DNA of 64,000 nt. Source: Octopus sinensis (taxonomy: Eukaryota). Numbering within the stretch: position 1 is the first letter of the stretch; the number at the start of each line of letters is the position of its first letter. A model generated the notes under the pieces. The model made no database searches. It saw nothing but the letters and a program-made list of their open reading frames with translations, and was not told the origin of the DNA. Where the stretch lies: the NCBI RefSeq assembly GCF_006345805.1, contig NC_042998.1, positions 85,312,001 to 85,376,000 on the forward strand, written 5' to 3'. Position numbers and translations under genes: made by a program. Below are positions 25,758 to 39,365 of this stretch, in pieces.

Positions 25758-28224
25758 AATATTGTATTTACATTCTTGGTAAACATTGTATCCTATAGCT
25801 CTATGCCCTCAAAGTAGTGGAATAAAATCTTCCTTACTTATGAAACAAGAAAGAGTTTTAGCCACAGGAATATCATCTGGCCTTGAAAATACTGCCTCAA
25901 ATAAGCACCTAATCTACATCAGTATGTAAAACAAATGAACCTATATTTGGTGGTAAGTGTCTTGCTGCTAGTACTAGCAGTTCTGTCTACCAGTTCTGCT
26001 CACAAGACATTGGTTGGCCCAAGGTAATACTCCTCCTAGTAGAAGATGGGTACCATAAAGCAGTAGAGCCATATAGCTTTCTGATTGACATTTTAACACC
26101 TGCTACTTTGCTGTGCTGAACTCAAATCTTTTCTTTATCAATAGAGACTAGACATAAAAGTGTCTCTCAAACACTTATTTAGTACATTGAAAACTGGTAT
26201 AAAGTTCAGTCCACAAATATTTCTTAGTAATTAATGAATGGATATGATGGAGAGTGAAACAAAGATTTCTATCTTGTAAACACACACATGGACACATACA
26301 CAGTGATGTGTCATCACATATGTGGCTATCATTTTATCTTGTCTAATTCATTTTAATACACTGTCTTATCTATATTTTCATAATTACATATATGTATGTG
26401 TATATATACATACATATATATAAACATATTTATGCTTAGATATACTATACACATACATATAAATGCATAAACACAGATATAGACATATTGTTTCTGTGAT
26501 TGTGTGTGTGTTGGAAAGAAATCTTAAGTCATTGGTGTTATGTACTTTTAACTGCTGAATGGAGATTTGCACTATTTCATAAAATACTGTCTAAAATATT
26601 TCTCTCTGAACAAAGCAAGATTAACACACATTTCACACCCATTTGTGGATTATGGGTTGTCTGTGTTCATGTATGAATGATAAAATTAGTAAATTAGCAT
26701 ACTGAAGGGTCAGTTAATGGATATAGACTTAATTATCTGAATATTCACGCTTAATGATTTATTTCTTTACTTTTTTAAGAATTGTGTTTAGTATAATTTC
26801 TACCTTTATTGTCTTGCATTCATTTTTATTTACTAAATGGCTGGGATGGATTTAGCAATAATCATTAGCAATAATCGTAACAATAGTCATTAGCTCAATA
26901 TTGTTGTAGTGTTTTATACAGTTGAGTGCCCATCTTTCTGAGAGTTGCTCAATTACAAACGTTGGATTGACACAACCTGATAGACCAAAGCAGCTTGTAC
27001 TATTTATGCTTCTTCTTACAATAGCTGCAGTAAATTCAAACATTTAGCCACATGGCTACTAGAGTAATCCTTTCACTGTGTCATTGTAGCTCTTAAATGG
27101 ATTAAGAGTAAATAAGTATAGACATGGCCTATTGTGTGGTTAAGAAGTTCACTTCCTAAATTAGGTGGATTAGAGTTCAGTCTCACTGCATGGCACCTTG
27201 GGCAAGTGCCTTCTTTTATAGGCAAACACTTTGCAAGTGGATATTGCAGACAGAACTGAAAGAACCCCACAATGTGTGCATGTCCCTTTTTTTGACCTCA
27301 TGGGGTCATTATAAATGAGAATCTCCTTTATGTAAGTGGGGTTTCTTGTTCCAGTCTTCTGTGGAAACATGTCTAGCTGCAGGGAAATTTATCTTGCTTG
27401 GAAACAGGTGAGAGTTGATGACAAGGGTATCCAGTCATAGAAAACCTGCCTCAACAAATTCCATCTGACCCATGTAATCATGGAAAAGTGGACATTAAAA
27501 TGGTGATGACAGTCACAGTGCAGTTGTCAGTCAACATTTTGCATGCTGCATTCATTCATTTTACAAGCTTTTTTGATGTTTGCATGGGTTGGACAAATAT
27601 GCTGAGGCATTGTTTTATAGCAGGCTGCCCTTCCTAAGGATAACCCTGATTTGCTTTGCAAGTGATCACTTATTCCACAAGCCTTCGAAGGCTCTAAGTG
27701 ACTTCCCAATTTGTTGACAGGAGACAATGTTGCAAAATTATTTCCAAAATCACACAATTAGAATGGCTATAATAAACATGATTACTTCACCTGTTTCTCA
27801 TATAGGCTTCGACTTGAGATATTTAGGAGGAATGAAATAGAATATTGTAATAGCCATGCTTTAATGAAACAATTGTAATTAAGAATTAGTCCTGAGTTTC
27901 AAAACCAATTTGGCATGATCCTACATTTTAATTTGCAGATATTGTTAACAGTAACCAGTTGATAATATGTATGCCCCTATTGATCAGGATTTTCTGTTGG
28001 ACAGGTTATTGCAGTGGCTTAAACTTGTAAATAGATGAATTTGTATTAATATGAATTTAATTAAAAAAAACTATGCTGGCATGTGTTAGGCACAGGCATG
28101 ATTGTGTGGTTAAAATGCCCACTTTGCAACCACATGGTTTTAGGTTCAATCCTTTTGCTATAGCCCTAGGTCAACCAATATCTTGTTAGTGAATTTGGTA
28201 GATGGAAATTGTTTCATATATATT

Positions 28225-28720
28225 CATCATCATCATCATCGTTTAACGTCCGCTTTCCATGCTAGCATGGGTTGGACAGTTCAACTGGGCTGCACCAGGC
28301 CAGTCAGATCTGGCAGTGTTTCTACAGCTGGATGCCCTTCCTAACGCCAACCACTCCGAGAGTGTAGTGGGTGATTTTATGTGCCACCGACACAGGTGCC
28401 AGACGAGGCTGGCAGACGGCCACGCTCGGATGGTGTTTTTATGTGCCACCGACACAGGTGCCAGACGAGGCTGGCAGACGGCCACGCTCGGATGGTGTTT
28501 TCTTATGTGTCACCGACACAGGTGCCAGACGAGGCTGGCGAATGGCCACGCTCAGATGGTGTTTGTTACGTGCCCTCAGCACGGAAGCCAGTCGATGCGG
28601 TACTGGCTACGGTCACGTTCGGATGGTTTTCTTATGTGCCACCGGCACTGGTACCACAAGGATACAAATTCCATTGATGTTCATCTATTTTGATTTGGTT
28701 TGATTTGATTTGATTTGATT
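28225..28720 (-). mobile_element. Young family C (RTE-tail) element with internal tandem repeats of about 62-65 bp
   Basis: ATGTG(C/T)CACCGACACAGGTGCCAGACGAGGCTGGC repeated three times at 28379-28570; CpGs retained; (GAT)n tail. Confidence 0.85.
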
Positions 28721-28756
28721 ATATATATTATATTTATATATATTATATATATAAAA

Positions 28757-28970
28757 CTGTGGAAGGAACTTGTGGTAGAGATAGACCCAAGAAGACATGG
28801 GACAAGCTGGTAAAGCATGATCCTTGAACTTTGGGCCTTATAGAGGCAATGACTAGTGACCAAGACCTTTGGAAATATACTGTGCTTGAGAAGACCTATC
28901 AAGCAAGTGAAATCATAGTCATGTCTGATACTGGTGTCCTGGCACCCGTGCTGGTGGCATGTAAAAAAAC
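28757..28970 (+). mobile_element. RTE-clade LINE C-terminal remnant
   Basis: Translates VEGTCGRDRPKKTWDKLVKHDP*TLGLIEAMTSDQDLWKYTVLEKT, the RGRP..W motif typical of RTE C-termini. Confidence 0.8.
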
Positions 28971-29084
28971 TATCAAGCATTGGGCCTCACAAAGGCAAAG
29001 TTTTCTTGAATGAGAAAATCTTTTTCTCATCAGCTGTAATGAAAAACTGCAAAGTCTAAGGAAGGGAGGTAATGTACCCAACCT

Positions 29085-30170
29085 TTGTAAGTCCTTTGAC
29101 ACTGGTGAGGGTTGTCACTGTTTAGCACCCAGTCAGACTTGTGTTAATCTTCTACCAAGACTTCCAGCTTGTGAGTACCAAGCCTCACTCATCTCTTGGA
29201 CCAGTAGCTTCTTGTCAGATCACATCATTATGGCACGTGTTGAGGGAACTCTCATTCTGTCTTACTCACAATTAACTCTAGTGTTCCCCAGAGTTCAGTT
29301 TGTCCCCTTACTCTTTTTTTTCTATATATCAACAACCTACTTGCTGCCACAGCCTACAATGCTCACTCCTATGCAGATAATACATCACTTTAATCCTCTC
29401 TAACCTTTCCCAACTATGAATCATCCACACACAACCTTAGCACCATACACCAATCTGCACTGATTCATTGATCAGCTTGAGAGAATTCTTTAGTGAGACA
29501 GTGCCAATCTTGTCTCTTTTAAGGAGGCAAAAAAAACTCAAGCATTACTCATGTCAAGGAAACATCACCACATCCCTTTAAATATGAACAACACTTAGCT
29601 ACAGTCTTCACTGTCACATCAAATACTTGGCTTCACTATTACCAAAATCTCTCCAGGCAAAAGCACATACTTAACATAGCTTGGACTGCAAATCAAAGAC
29701 TCCCAAAGCACTTCTCTTCAAGACCCAGAAAATATTTCAATTCTCAACAACTGCTCATGTGAAATTCACATTTGAGAGCTGATCCTGCAAATGGGACAGT
29801 ACTGCTGCTATGTTCAAAGACATCTTGAATCCAGAGAAAAGCCACTCAAATGATTGGCATTAAATCAATCAAACAGTTACGCAGTCTCTTCTATTACTAT
29901 GAAAATGATCTTTCCTCACAGCTGGCTAATCTTGTACCTTATCTAGTCAGACACTCCCAACCTGCCTGCCTCTCTCTCTTTCTTATCATATTTATTTTGT
30001 CCAACTGCCGAAGCCTTCTACTAACCAGTATTCTCAGCCTTTCCTAGAGCATCAGCCCTCTGGAATCTTCTTCCAGTTCATGCTTCTCTTACATATGCTA
30101 ACTTAACAACAGTTTAAATGGAACATTAACAGCATCAAGCAGATTGGTCTTAGAGGGAAAAGTGGGGTTG
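29085..30170 (+). mobile_element. Decayed non-LTR reverse transcriptase fragment (CR1/L2/Jockey group)
   Basis: Frameshifted motifs KSFD, SVPQSSV.PLLF..YINNL, HSYADNT. Confidence 0.75.
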
Positions 30171-30975
30171 AAAAGGTCATGAGCAATGCCTTTTCCTCCA
30201 AACTCAGCAAGTAAAAGAAATGTTATAAATAAAAACTATGGCCATCCAGTTTTCTTTTTTTTTTTTTTTTTTTTTTTTAGGCTTAGTGATTCAAGACTGC
30301 TGTTTTACCATGTCAAGTATCCAGATAAAGAGTCTGCCTAACTGGCTTATAACCAGTGGAGGGTGAAATAGGGGCAATGCAGTTGATGTCCAGCTTAAAC
30401 TTTTGTGGGTTGATACCTGTAGGAAAACCAAGACAGAAGTTCTGATGCTGAAGTTTATGGGTATGACAAGGTGCTTAGTGAAGGACTTTTAGACAGGTTA
30501 GACAACAGGTAATCAATTACACAAAGCAAGATACATTTTTGAAAAGTATCAAGCAATGTATACACATTTATAACTTTATGTTCATTTGCATACATATTTA
30601 CTAATTTACAGAGGAAAATATCTTTGAAAGCATTGAAATTACACTAAAGCTGTTTTTTCAATGGAATACATTTTTAAAGAAAGCTGTTACCAAAACATAA
30701 TGATAAAAACACAAGTATGAAGAGTACGGTAGATATGGTAGGGTATGGGTGTGTATAAACAAATATAGGTCTTTAAGTTGGTGAAAATGTGTAAAAAAGA
30801 TTGAAAGCCATCTTGTTAAAACTGAAGACATAGACAAAAAAGTAAAAAGAAATCAAAATATTGATTTTTTTTAGTTTATTTCATTCATTTTCTCTCTCTC
30901 CTTTAAAATATCCAGTAAATAATGAGGAGGAGGAGGGGGATAGTAAAAAGAGTGGTAATGAATAGATTTGCTTAC

Positions 30976-31038
30976 CTAACATTTTTCGGTCATCTATTAA
31001 TTCTCGCTGCTCACAGCTACTGTGTCGAATTAGACTCT
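30976..31038 (-). CDS. 63-nt symmetric phase-1 exon, (E)SLIRHSSCEQRELIDDRKML(G)
   Basis: Acceptor ttttttatttttgcag, donor TAG|gtaagc, only phase 1 is open, CpGs retained. Confidence 0.8.
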
Positions 31039-32907
31039 CTGCAAAAATAAAAAATAAAGAAACTTATAAAAATTATTCAAATGCACAAAATTAATTGATG
31101 CCTAGTAAAATAGTCTAGTAGTAAATACACATTTACAAATAAAGCACCTGATGCTGGTCCTGAGATCAAACCAACAGAAATGTAGTGCAGAAGTAAATAT
31201 TGATAAAAGGTACATTTCATTTCTAAATATAAAGTTAATAGTCAGAAAAATTATAAATTTTATTGACAACAATTCATCTTAGATACTCTTTCCTTATTTT
31301 GGCACAAGGCTAGCAATTCTGAGGGCTGAGAGAAGTAGATATTTTTCAACCTCAGTGCTCAACTGGTACTTATTTTCATTGACACTGCAGGATGAAAAGC
31401 ATTTTGTCTGGCATCCTCACCATTCTTCTACCTCACCACCTTAATTCATCTTAAATGTCAAGACATTCAATCAGACATTAAAAAATGCTTTTTTTCCTAC
31501 TTGTTTCTTATAGACAATAAATTGGCAGAGTTGATGGAGTGCTGGATAAAATGTAAAATGCTTCACTGTATTTCTTCCAACTCTCTGGTTCTGACTTTAA
31601 ATCTTGCTGAGGTCAACTTTGCTATTCATCCTTTCAGGGTTGATAAAATGCACTAATTGTACCAATCTAAGTTGGTGGACTTGATAGAGAGTTGAGTAAG
31701 AAGCCTTGTGGTATCTGTTCTAGCCCTTTGTATCTTTGTAGTAATGCCTGCAATGACACTAGTTTCAAGCCACATCAGTGGAAGTTCAGGATCTTACCCT
31801 TGGCTAAACATCAGTGGCATAGATAACAGAAACTTGCATCATAAGCAACTTCTAAGCTTTTTCAAATTCTGCTAAGGCCAGCATATAGATATCTGCCAAT
31901 GCATGGTCAGCCTTGATCAACAGAGAGCCTATATTTTTTTATAAACTATCCTTCTACATATTGTTGTCAAGTGGTGAAAATCCTTAACAGTTTTGATGTT
32001 AGAATTCATTCATCAACTAGGAATAACTCAAATCATTCTAGCCTAACAAGTAACTGGTTCCAACAAAGTCTCCTTCCACCACCATCATCAAACTGTATAC
32101 TTTAGAGTTAGCTCCCATACTTATTGAACTTTACAATCTCTCCGTCCCTCTATAGCAGTCTATCCCAATTGAAGGAAATAAGCTACAGAATATACACAAA
32201 AGGTCACATTCTGTTATAGTTGTAGAGTTGTTTTCTCTTACTTTAGAGGAACAACAAAATGATACAACAACCATTTACAATTCTCTAAATCTCTGATGTT
32301 TGAGTTTCTTATAAATTTGATTTTTATTTGATTCATGTTGCTTCAAATAAACAAATAATACAGAAATTTCAACAGCAAAAACTGTCCAGCAGATATCCCT
32401 AAATCAGAGGCTATCTACTAGAGTTGAATCTTTTCATTATAGTATTTTTAATGAAATACTGTCTCTGTATTTCAATTAATTTTGAAAATAATCAAAACTT
32501 TGTAAGAATGTAGTAAAACAACTGTATTTGTTCCAACTCTCTGGTTCTGACTTTAAATCTTGCTGAGATCTACTTTGCTATTCATCCTTTCAGAGTTGAT
32601 AAAATGCACTAATTGCTAAACTGATATTTCAAATAGACATTTTGCTTAAATAGTGCATCTCAATCAAGGTGACTTGGCCCAGAGTATTATTTCCCAAGTT
32701 CTACCCACAAGGCAGGTAGAACCAAAAACTCCAAGATAATTGAAGGGATTTGAGTTCTGAGTTGTTCCATCTATGTGGCACCAATTTACTACAAGTTCAA
32801 CTTGGAAATTCATGGTCGCTAGTTTAAGTGTTAGGTAAAGAAGTAGCAGCTGGCAGTCTGATAATCCTTTTGATAATAACCCTAAGACCACTCCACAAAC
32901 TTCATGT

Positions 32908-33304
32908 TTAGCCCTTTAGCATTCAAACTGGCCATATCTGGCCAAAATATTTAACCTGTTTTATATAGAAACTGACCAGATTTGGCCTTTTACCTCAGCC
33001 CTACCATGTCATTTTACAACTAAACAATCACATCACTGAAATCTCTAAACTACAAAGTAATGCATGATTAATTCAAAACAATATAAACAAACAAGCATCA
33101 AGTTTGACAGAATAACCTGAACACTAAAGGGTTAAAGTGATCTAAGTTAAAAAAAACTTCCACTAAAATTTCATGTTAATTTGTATCTTAAGAATCATCT
33201 TAATAACAACAAAGTTATTTCATAAAGCTTTTCATTATTTTCAAAATTAATTGAAATAATAAAGACAGTGTATTTCTATAGAAATATGGTAAAGAGAGGG
33301 TTAG
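32908..33304. mobile_element. piggyBac-like MITE (32908-33135) abutting a second related MITE half
   Basis: TTAGCCCTTTAGCATT..ACTAAAGGGTTAA; 33131-33304 resembles 59100-59272. Confidence 0.7.
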
Positions 33305-34671
33305 CAATCTAAAATAGTTAATGGAAGCCAAATAGCATAAGCAACTCCATTTCAATGAAACTGGACAAAAAAAAAAGCATAATATTTCTGTGCATTGGAA
33401 GAATCATACAGATTGAAAGGATAAATAATGTATAAACTTTTGAATGAAGTGTTTCAGAGCTGGGTGTTCTTATCAATATCATCAGCTCCCCTTTCACATG
33501 AAAGTTGTACCTATTTTTTAAGCGCAGTGAATGAAGTAAATAATTATGAGCCTTTTATAAAGAATCAATATTTAGTGTTCAAAGATCTGTGTCTAAGAAC
33601 TGAAAGCAAGTAGCATAGAACATAGATTCCTGCAATTCTTTCATACTTCAAACTATGCCACACCTAAATAATATTCTTTTATGCTTGGGCAACAGCCATC
33701 AAGGGGTCTAGTTGATTATAACGACCACAATACTTTATCTAATTTATATTTCTATATAATGAATAACTAAGTCCTCCTCAACATTAAGGGATGCAAACAC
33801 ACTGATCATAATCATCATCATCTGTCTTCTATGCTGGCATGGGTTGGATGATATGACAAGAGTTGGTAAGCCAGAGAACCACGCTAACCTCTGTTGTCAG
33901 CTTTGACATGGCTTCTACGGCTGGATGCTCTTCTTAATGCCAACCACTTTACAGAGTGCACTGGGTGCTTTTTTATGTAGCACCAACACCAGTGGAGTTG
34001 CCAAAGGTATTTTTGGTTGACACACTATCAACAATCCCTTGCCAATACATCCCCCCCACTACACACAGCAGGCTTCTGTATAGTTTCCATCAACTAAATT
34101 TCAATATTTCAGTTATGAAGCATTGTTAACAATATAGTATAAAATACTTGCCTAAGCTACTGTATAAAGGAGTATGTAGTTATGAAGCTAACTTTTTAAC
34201 TACACTGATAAAACAATTATGTGTGTATGGGTGGGTTACCATATGAACACAAAGCTAATTGAATCTCAATAGTAAAAATCCTTCAAACATTACTACAAAG
34301 TTTAGAGATCTTAAATTTTATTGAGAAAAAAAAAAAGAAGACAAAAATGATAATTTATTTCCATAAAAACTTCAATTTCTACACTATTTATGACAGGAAA
34401 GAGCACCATTTAAATTCTAATAGATTTCTTCCAATCTCTTCACCACCACCTGCTCTCCATAATTTTGAATATTTACATGCCTCTATTAATTACTATTTGT
34501 AACATGACTTAATGACTAAGTTGACCAACATAAACCAGTTTTAGAAAACTCACTGGCAATGTCGTAAATTGTCATATTTAAAATTTTTGTTCTAATTAAA
34601 ATATAGCTGGAAAAATATGCTTTTCTTGTAAAATTTAGTACATTTCTCAAGAAATTGTTCCATTTACCATT

Positions 34672-35450
34672 TTCTTTTTTGTTTCAGTCATTTGACTGTG
34701 GCCATGCTGGAGCACCGTTTTAGTTGAACACATCAACCCCAGGACTTATTCTTTGTGAGCATAATACTTATTGCATTGGTCTCTTTTGCCAAACTGCCAA
34801 GTTACGGGGACATAAACATACCAACATCGATTGTCAAGTGATGGTAGTGGGGAGAAACACAGACACACAGCCTGCCATGTATTGGCTCTGTGGTAAGAAG
34901 CTTGCTTACGAATCACATAGTTCCGTGTTCAGTCCCACTGTGTGGCACCTTGTGCAAGTGTCTCCTACTATAGCCTCAGGCCGACCAAAGCCTTGTGAGT
35001 GGATTTGGTAGACGAAAACTGAAAGAAGCCCATCGTATATATGTATATATATATATACGTGTATATGTTTGTGTGTCTGTGTTTGTCTCCTCCAACATCG
35101 CATGACAACCGATGTTGGTGTGTTTACGTCTCCGTAACTTAGTGGTTCGGTAAAAGAGACCAATAGAATAAGTACTAGGCTTACAAAGAATAAGTCCTGG
35201 GTCGATTTGCTCGACTAAAGGTTGTGCTCCAGCATGGCCACAGTCAAATGACTGAAACAAGTAAAAGAATAAAAGAGAGGGAGTATATATATACACACTC
35301 ACACACATATATATATATATATATATACACGATAGGCTTTTTGCAGTTTGCGTCTACCAAATCCATTTACAAAGCTTGGGTTGGCCCGAGGCTATAGTAG
35401 AAGACACTTTCCCAAGGTGCCACGCAGTGGGACTGAACCTGTGCACCTAT
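34672..35450. mobile_element. Nested family A SINEs: plus copy (about 34870-35275) inside a minus copy
   Basis: Minus tail 34672-34870, plus copy, then minus head 35330-35450. Confidence 0.85.
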
Positions 35451-36689
35451 GTAAACTATTTTAACACATTTCCACTTAGCACCCTGAATACAATTTTATA
35501 ATTTTAAGGCTTTTATATCTGTAACTCTAATTTTATTTTGGAACACATAGGTAGCAAGAAAATTTTTGTTTTTTTCAATTTTACTTTTGATAAATCAGCA
35601 CAAATTAATAAATGATTGTATCTTTTATCGTTTACTCGTTTCAGTCATTTGACTGTTGCCATGCTGGGGCATCACCTCAAAGAATATTCAGTTAACTGTA
35701 TCAACTCCAGTACTTATCTTATCGCTGTCTTTTGCTGAACTGTAAAGTAACAGGGACATAAACAAACCAACACCAGTTGTTAGGCAGAGACACACATACA
35801 TGCTTGCATATACAAGTTTCTTTCAGTTTCTCTCTGCCAAAGAAAGTGAAAGGCTTTGGTCAGCCTGAGGTCATAGTAACAAACACTTGCAATAAAGTGG
35901 TCATCTACCAAATCCACTCACACAACTTTGGTCAGTCTAGAGTTAATTACTGAAGAAATTCAGCATACCAAATATTTATAAGATAGCTATGTGGAATTAA
36001 GCTCATGGAATATACCACATGATCTCTGCAGCACAATATGGGTATTGCCTAAATAGACTTAGGTTTCGAACTTGCTAAAAATCTTCATTAGAACTTGTTT
36101 AATTTTATTGCTGTGATACAAAAGGAAAAAGAAAAAAAGACCCACTACCACCACCACCTTATAGCTACTATGGAGAATATGCATATTAGTTTGCAGTTAA
36201 TTTACACACAAATTGTCAGTTGATATTTATTAAACAATTACTCAAGACACCAACATAGTATGAAAATTATGAAATTCAGTTTAGTGAGGCACATGGTGAC
36301 AGGTGTAAGAAATTCTGGAGTAGATTTTGAAAAATGCTAAATAATGAGTCCAAGATCTACAACTGATTAATGAGTTCAATAAATAGTTCAAAATTACTTC
36401 CAAGAACCTAAAGTACAAATATTTGATTCTATAGAAAGACTATAAATGTTTTCAACATACAAAGACTATTAAGTGTATTCAATATATTTTTCTTTTCTTT
36501 TTGCTATTTCCATGCTGTGCTAATGTATTAGTTACAGTTTTAAGAGTTTCACATACATGGGAAAAGCTAACAACACAAGTTTCCATGAACTTCAAGGTCA
36601 TATGTGTATACAACATACATACACACAGGCTTCCAAAAATGGTTGGCTGGAAGTGCTAGATAAGGTCTGCTGGTTTAAGTGACATAATT

Positions 36690-38980
36690 ACCGCATCATG
36701 TGGAAACAAGTGAGCGATCTGGTTTGAGTCAGAAGGGAATTTAAAAAAAATAAATCTCTTGAAAATCTAACTTGGTTTCAAACAAAAGTGTTCTCTCGAA
36801 TCTCTGAGTAAAAAGCAAACTGTATTGAGTCATACCTGAGAACTGCGATGTTGCATCGAGAAAAGGTAAAACTTTTCTGACTCCAGAAGGATGAAAGGTA
36901 AAGGTGACTTCAACAACATTGTTTTTGTAATGATAATTTGTAACGGACTTAAGACCACAAATGTAAAACTTTGAGAAGAGACTAAGCGAGTCAAGCAAAC
37001 CCTGTACCGAAAAGCTATTTGTATTTATTATAACCCCAGAGGGTGACTTCTCATGTTGGCCCAATACCATAAATTTGTAGGAAGAGAGGAGTAACGCATT
37101 AAATTAATTTCAACGTACATTCTGGTTTATATTTATTAACTTTAGTTCTATGAAAGGCTAAAAATATATACACCATGTGCGTTTGAACGTAATGGGTACA
37201 CAGACAGAAACTAAATAAAAGTTTTATGAGATTTTTGTTTGTCACTTCGTTGCTTTCCGTAATAACATGAACAATAATCATTTTCTTTCGTTGCAACCAG
37301 GGCAAAATAGAGTTACAGAAAACAAAAGAGAGGGAAAGAGAAGGAGGTGAGGGTAGAAATAGGTTACATAACAGAAACGGATAAACAAATACAAGTAGGT
37401 GAGGTGACGCTGTTGTTATTGCATAGGTCTAGCTGACCTAAATAACAATCTACAAACAACCTCAGTGGTGTGTGAGTGTGTGTTGCCTAGTAAGATTAAT
37501 ATAGCTGACCTACATAACCAAATTGTAAGGTAGCAAGCGCTTGGAGACAGAGAAACAACAACGAGCAAAAACAAAAAAACAAACTAGCAGTTGAAGTTAG
37601 TCATTACTGAAAGATAGGCAAGCTTCTACTTTCAAATGTTAATAGATTGATTATATAAATTACAAACAGTTTGAAGAATGTGTGACAAATAAAGGAGAGC
37701 GATAGAAAAAGAAAGGAGGAGGAAAGGGAGGGAGAAAGAAAAAAAGAGTTAGAGAAGGAAATAGGACAGAGAGAGGGAGGATGAGGAGTGTGTGTTGAAG
37801 AAAAGAAAGAGGATATACGGAAAGACAGAGAGGAAGAAATACAAAGAGAGAGATAAAAAAGAAAGAGAGGAAAGAAAAAGAGCCCGCGAAAGTGTGTTTG
37901 CGTGAAGTCTTCAATAACTTGATTTCTATAAAAGATTCAAATCTATAGATGCTCCCCTCCACACACACTCAAACCAAGCCATGTGAGAGAAATTGGAAAG
38001 ATGGAAATGTACAAGTCAGTCTGATCTTCATGATCTATCAAGTTACATTTTTGTGTTTTGAGAGGAAAGACAAACTGAAAAGTCTACAGTCTCCATAAAA
38101 GGTGTACATAACAGTAAAAAAAACTTCACCCTTTCACAGCCTAATTGTTGTATAGTTCCAAGTTAATCCCGATTGAGCAAAGCTAAGATCAAAGGCAATC
38201 GAGCCATGACCAACCTGTCTTTTCACCTATGTCTACGGAACTCATAACCACATTCTTCAACGTATCCTTTTCAACGTAATTTTACGGAAATTTGGCTGCT
38301 ATTTTTAGTAGGTTGAGCGACCACACAAAGGGAATCCTCAAACTTTTTCCTTCCAGTGTACCCTTCCGTCATGTCCGGCAGTGTTGGCATACTCCTCATG
38401 GAGAATATATTGTTAAATGGTTGGATACCTTTTTATGGATGTCATAAAATAGACAATGTGTATATATATAATTTATTATTTTATGAAATTTGCAAGACAT
38501 GACATACTTGACAATCTTCTTTTTTTAAAGGGGAGAGCTTATTTAACTGAGGTTAACTAAAAATGTCTGCGTTGTTCTCATTATCATTCCTTGCTGTCAT
38601 TTATAACTGATAAAAGTTTACAAATTGTTTACAAATGACACAAACCGGATCTTTTCAGTTCGTGGTCACGCTATCATGTGGAAGTCTCTTGCTCGGGGAA
38701 CATATGTCATTTCCGGTTTGTAGAGACTGGTTGCATTTGACTGACTAAAATCTTTAAATCTTCGTAACCTTTAATTATTGATTTCTCCCACAAAAAATTG
38801 CGATTTTTGTAATTAGCATGAACGTCTACTCTTGTGAAAAAATTTTCAATAAAATCCGAAGAGGTAGTGCAAACTAAAAATATCCCTTGGCATCAATTAG
38901 ATAAAGGCCGATCTTTAGTGAATGCTGTTAAATCTAATAGAGCAATGGCACCTCACTTTGTGGTGCCACCAGCCGCATAT
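36690..38980. promoter_or_regulatory. CpG-retaining island, candidate hypomethylated promoter or enhancer
   Basis: About 40 or more CpGs counted by eye versus few per kb elsewhere; GA-rich tract at 37700-37880. Confidence 0.5.
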
Positions 38981-39333
38981 TGGTTATTTAAACAGAATAA
39001 TATTTCTGAAATGGAACCTTCATTTGGTTCCAACAACACATGAAGAGCTTATTTTTTTGTTTTCCACAAATGTTATCAAACTAATGTGAAAATATTTGGC
39101 CCTCTCCACTATTTTTTATTAATGAAGAAATAAAGTACTATCTGTAGCAACATAATTTCTCAATGTATTACTGATTTCTCAGGATCATTGCAATAAAAAA
39201 GAAATTCCTCATTAAACATGGTGTAGGCATGGCTGTGTGGTTAAGAAGCACTTTGGGTGTCTTCTACTATAGCCCCAGGCACTGACCAATGCCTTGAGTG
39301 AATCTGGCAGGTGTATGTGACCACCATTATCAT

Positions 39334-39365
<32 letters not shown>

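Noticed and set aside
28259-28703. Overlapping repeat ORFs with a CRISPR-like look
   Set aside because: Tandem units without unique spacers inside a retroelement in eukaryotic DNA
30280-32900. Possible RTE endonuclease and RT relics at about 30280-30510, 31740-32180 and 32660-32900
   Set aside because: Too decayed to bound or classify without an HMM search
37660-37968. 102-aa Phe/Leu-rich minus-strand ORF
   Set aside because: Translation of a polypyrimidine tract
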